In this document: piece after piece, positions 63,930 to 64,000 of the stretch | Position numbering within the stretch: the first letter of the stretch is position 1 | How the letters are laid out: every line of letters begins with the position of its first letter | Assembly (NCBI GenBank): GCA_016181405.1 | Contig: JACOZJ010000003.1 | Coordinates: 42,749-106,748 of the forward strand | Direction: 5' to 3' | DNA: 64,000 nt | DNA from: Candidatus Wildermuthbacteria bacterium | GTDB lineage: Bacteria; Patescibacteriota; Minisyncoccia; Minisyncoccales; UBA10102 | Translations under genes and position numbers: made by a program | The notes under the pieces: generated by a model | Databases searched by the model: none | Seen by the model: only the letters and a program-made list of their open reading frames with translations | What the model was told of the DNA's origin: nothing

Positions 63930-64000
63930 CTCTCGCAAACGCTACCGCACAACCGCCCGGGAGATTTTGAGGCTTAAGCTTCATACTTCTCGGGCTTCTT

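Overview
The window looks like a chromosomal segment from a small-genome bacterium. A Patescibacteria/CPR (Parcubacteria-like) origin is my inference, not a database result. It rests on the minimal synthetases (AlaRS without C-Ala, ThrRS without TGS, ProRS without INS, PheT without the B2 OB-fold), an RpoA without alpha-CTD, the GatCAB route, and many orphan small secreted or membrane proteins.

The backbone is housekeeping and mostly on the + strand. In order: mnmA (3' part), alaS, infA-rpmJ-rpsM-rpsK-rpsD-rpoA-rplQ-rplM-rpsI, murA, mreB, holB, frr, rseP, proS, a second mreB, gatCA, and tRNA-fMet/Met/Asp. Then pheST, gyrB, secE-nusG-rplK, a dut / dCMP deaminase / thyA / folA / tmk block, gatB, miaA(-), thrS(-), dnaE(-), rnhB, rpmF, nusB, rnc, rpsP, khpA, trmD. 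Then tRNA-Tyr/Thr, rpmG, tRNA-Trp, def, mltG, asnS and aspS.

At least seven islets interrupt this backbone: about 20.3-24.3, 25.95-26.6, 29.0-29.85, 36.4-37.3, 46.15-46.9, 52.7-56.8 and 60.16-63.96 kb. By eye they are richer in G+C and use different codons; I did not compute this. Their genes are mostly orphans, each with its own sigma70-like promoter and stem plus TTTCTTTT terminator.

Most interesting items:
- A recurrent structured intergenic RNA module, with three full copies and extra partial boxes. It has mutually exclusive helices and precedes small-protein genes.
- A 4.1-kb islet that splits the conserved rpsP-khpA-trmD operon. It carries consensus promoters, micro-ORFs and a promoter-to-terminator sRNA candidate.
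- Two families of short repeats inserted in frame into essential genes (pheT x3; thrS and trmD).
- A frameshift plus internal deletion in dnaE.
- A roughly 300-nt GC-rich structured leader or ncRNA before alaS.

I saw no rRNA, CRISPR array, transposase or integrase.
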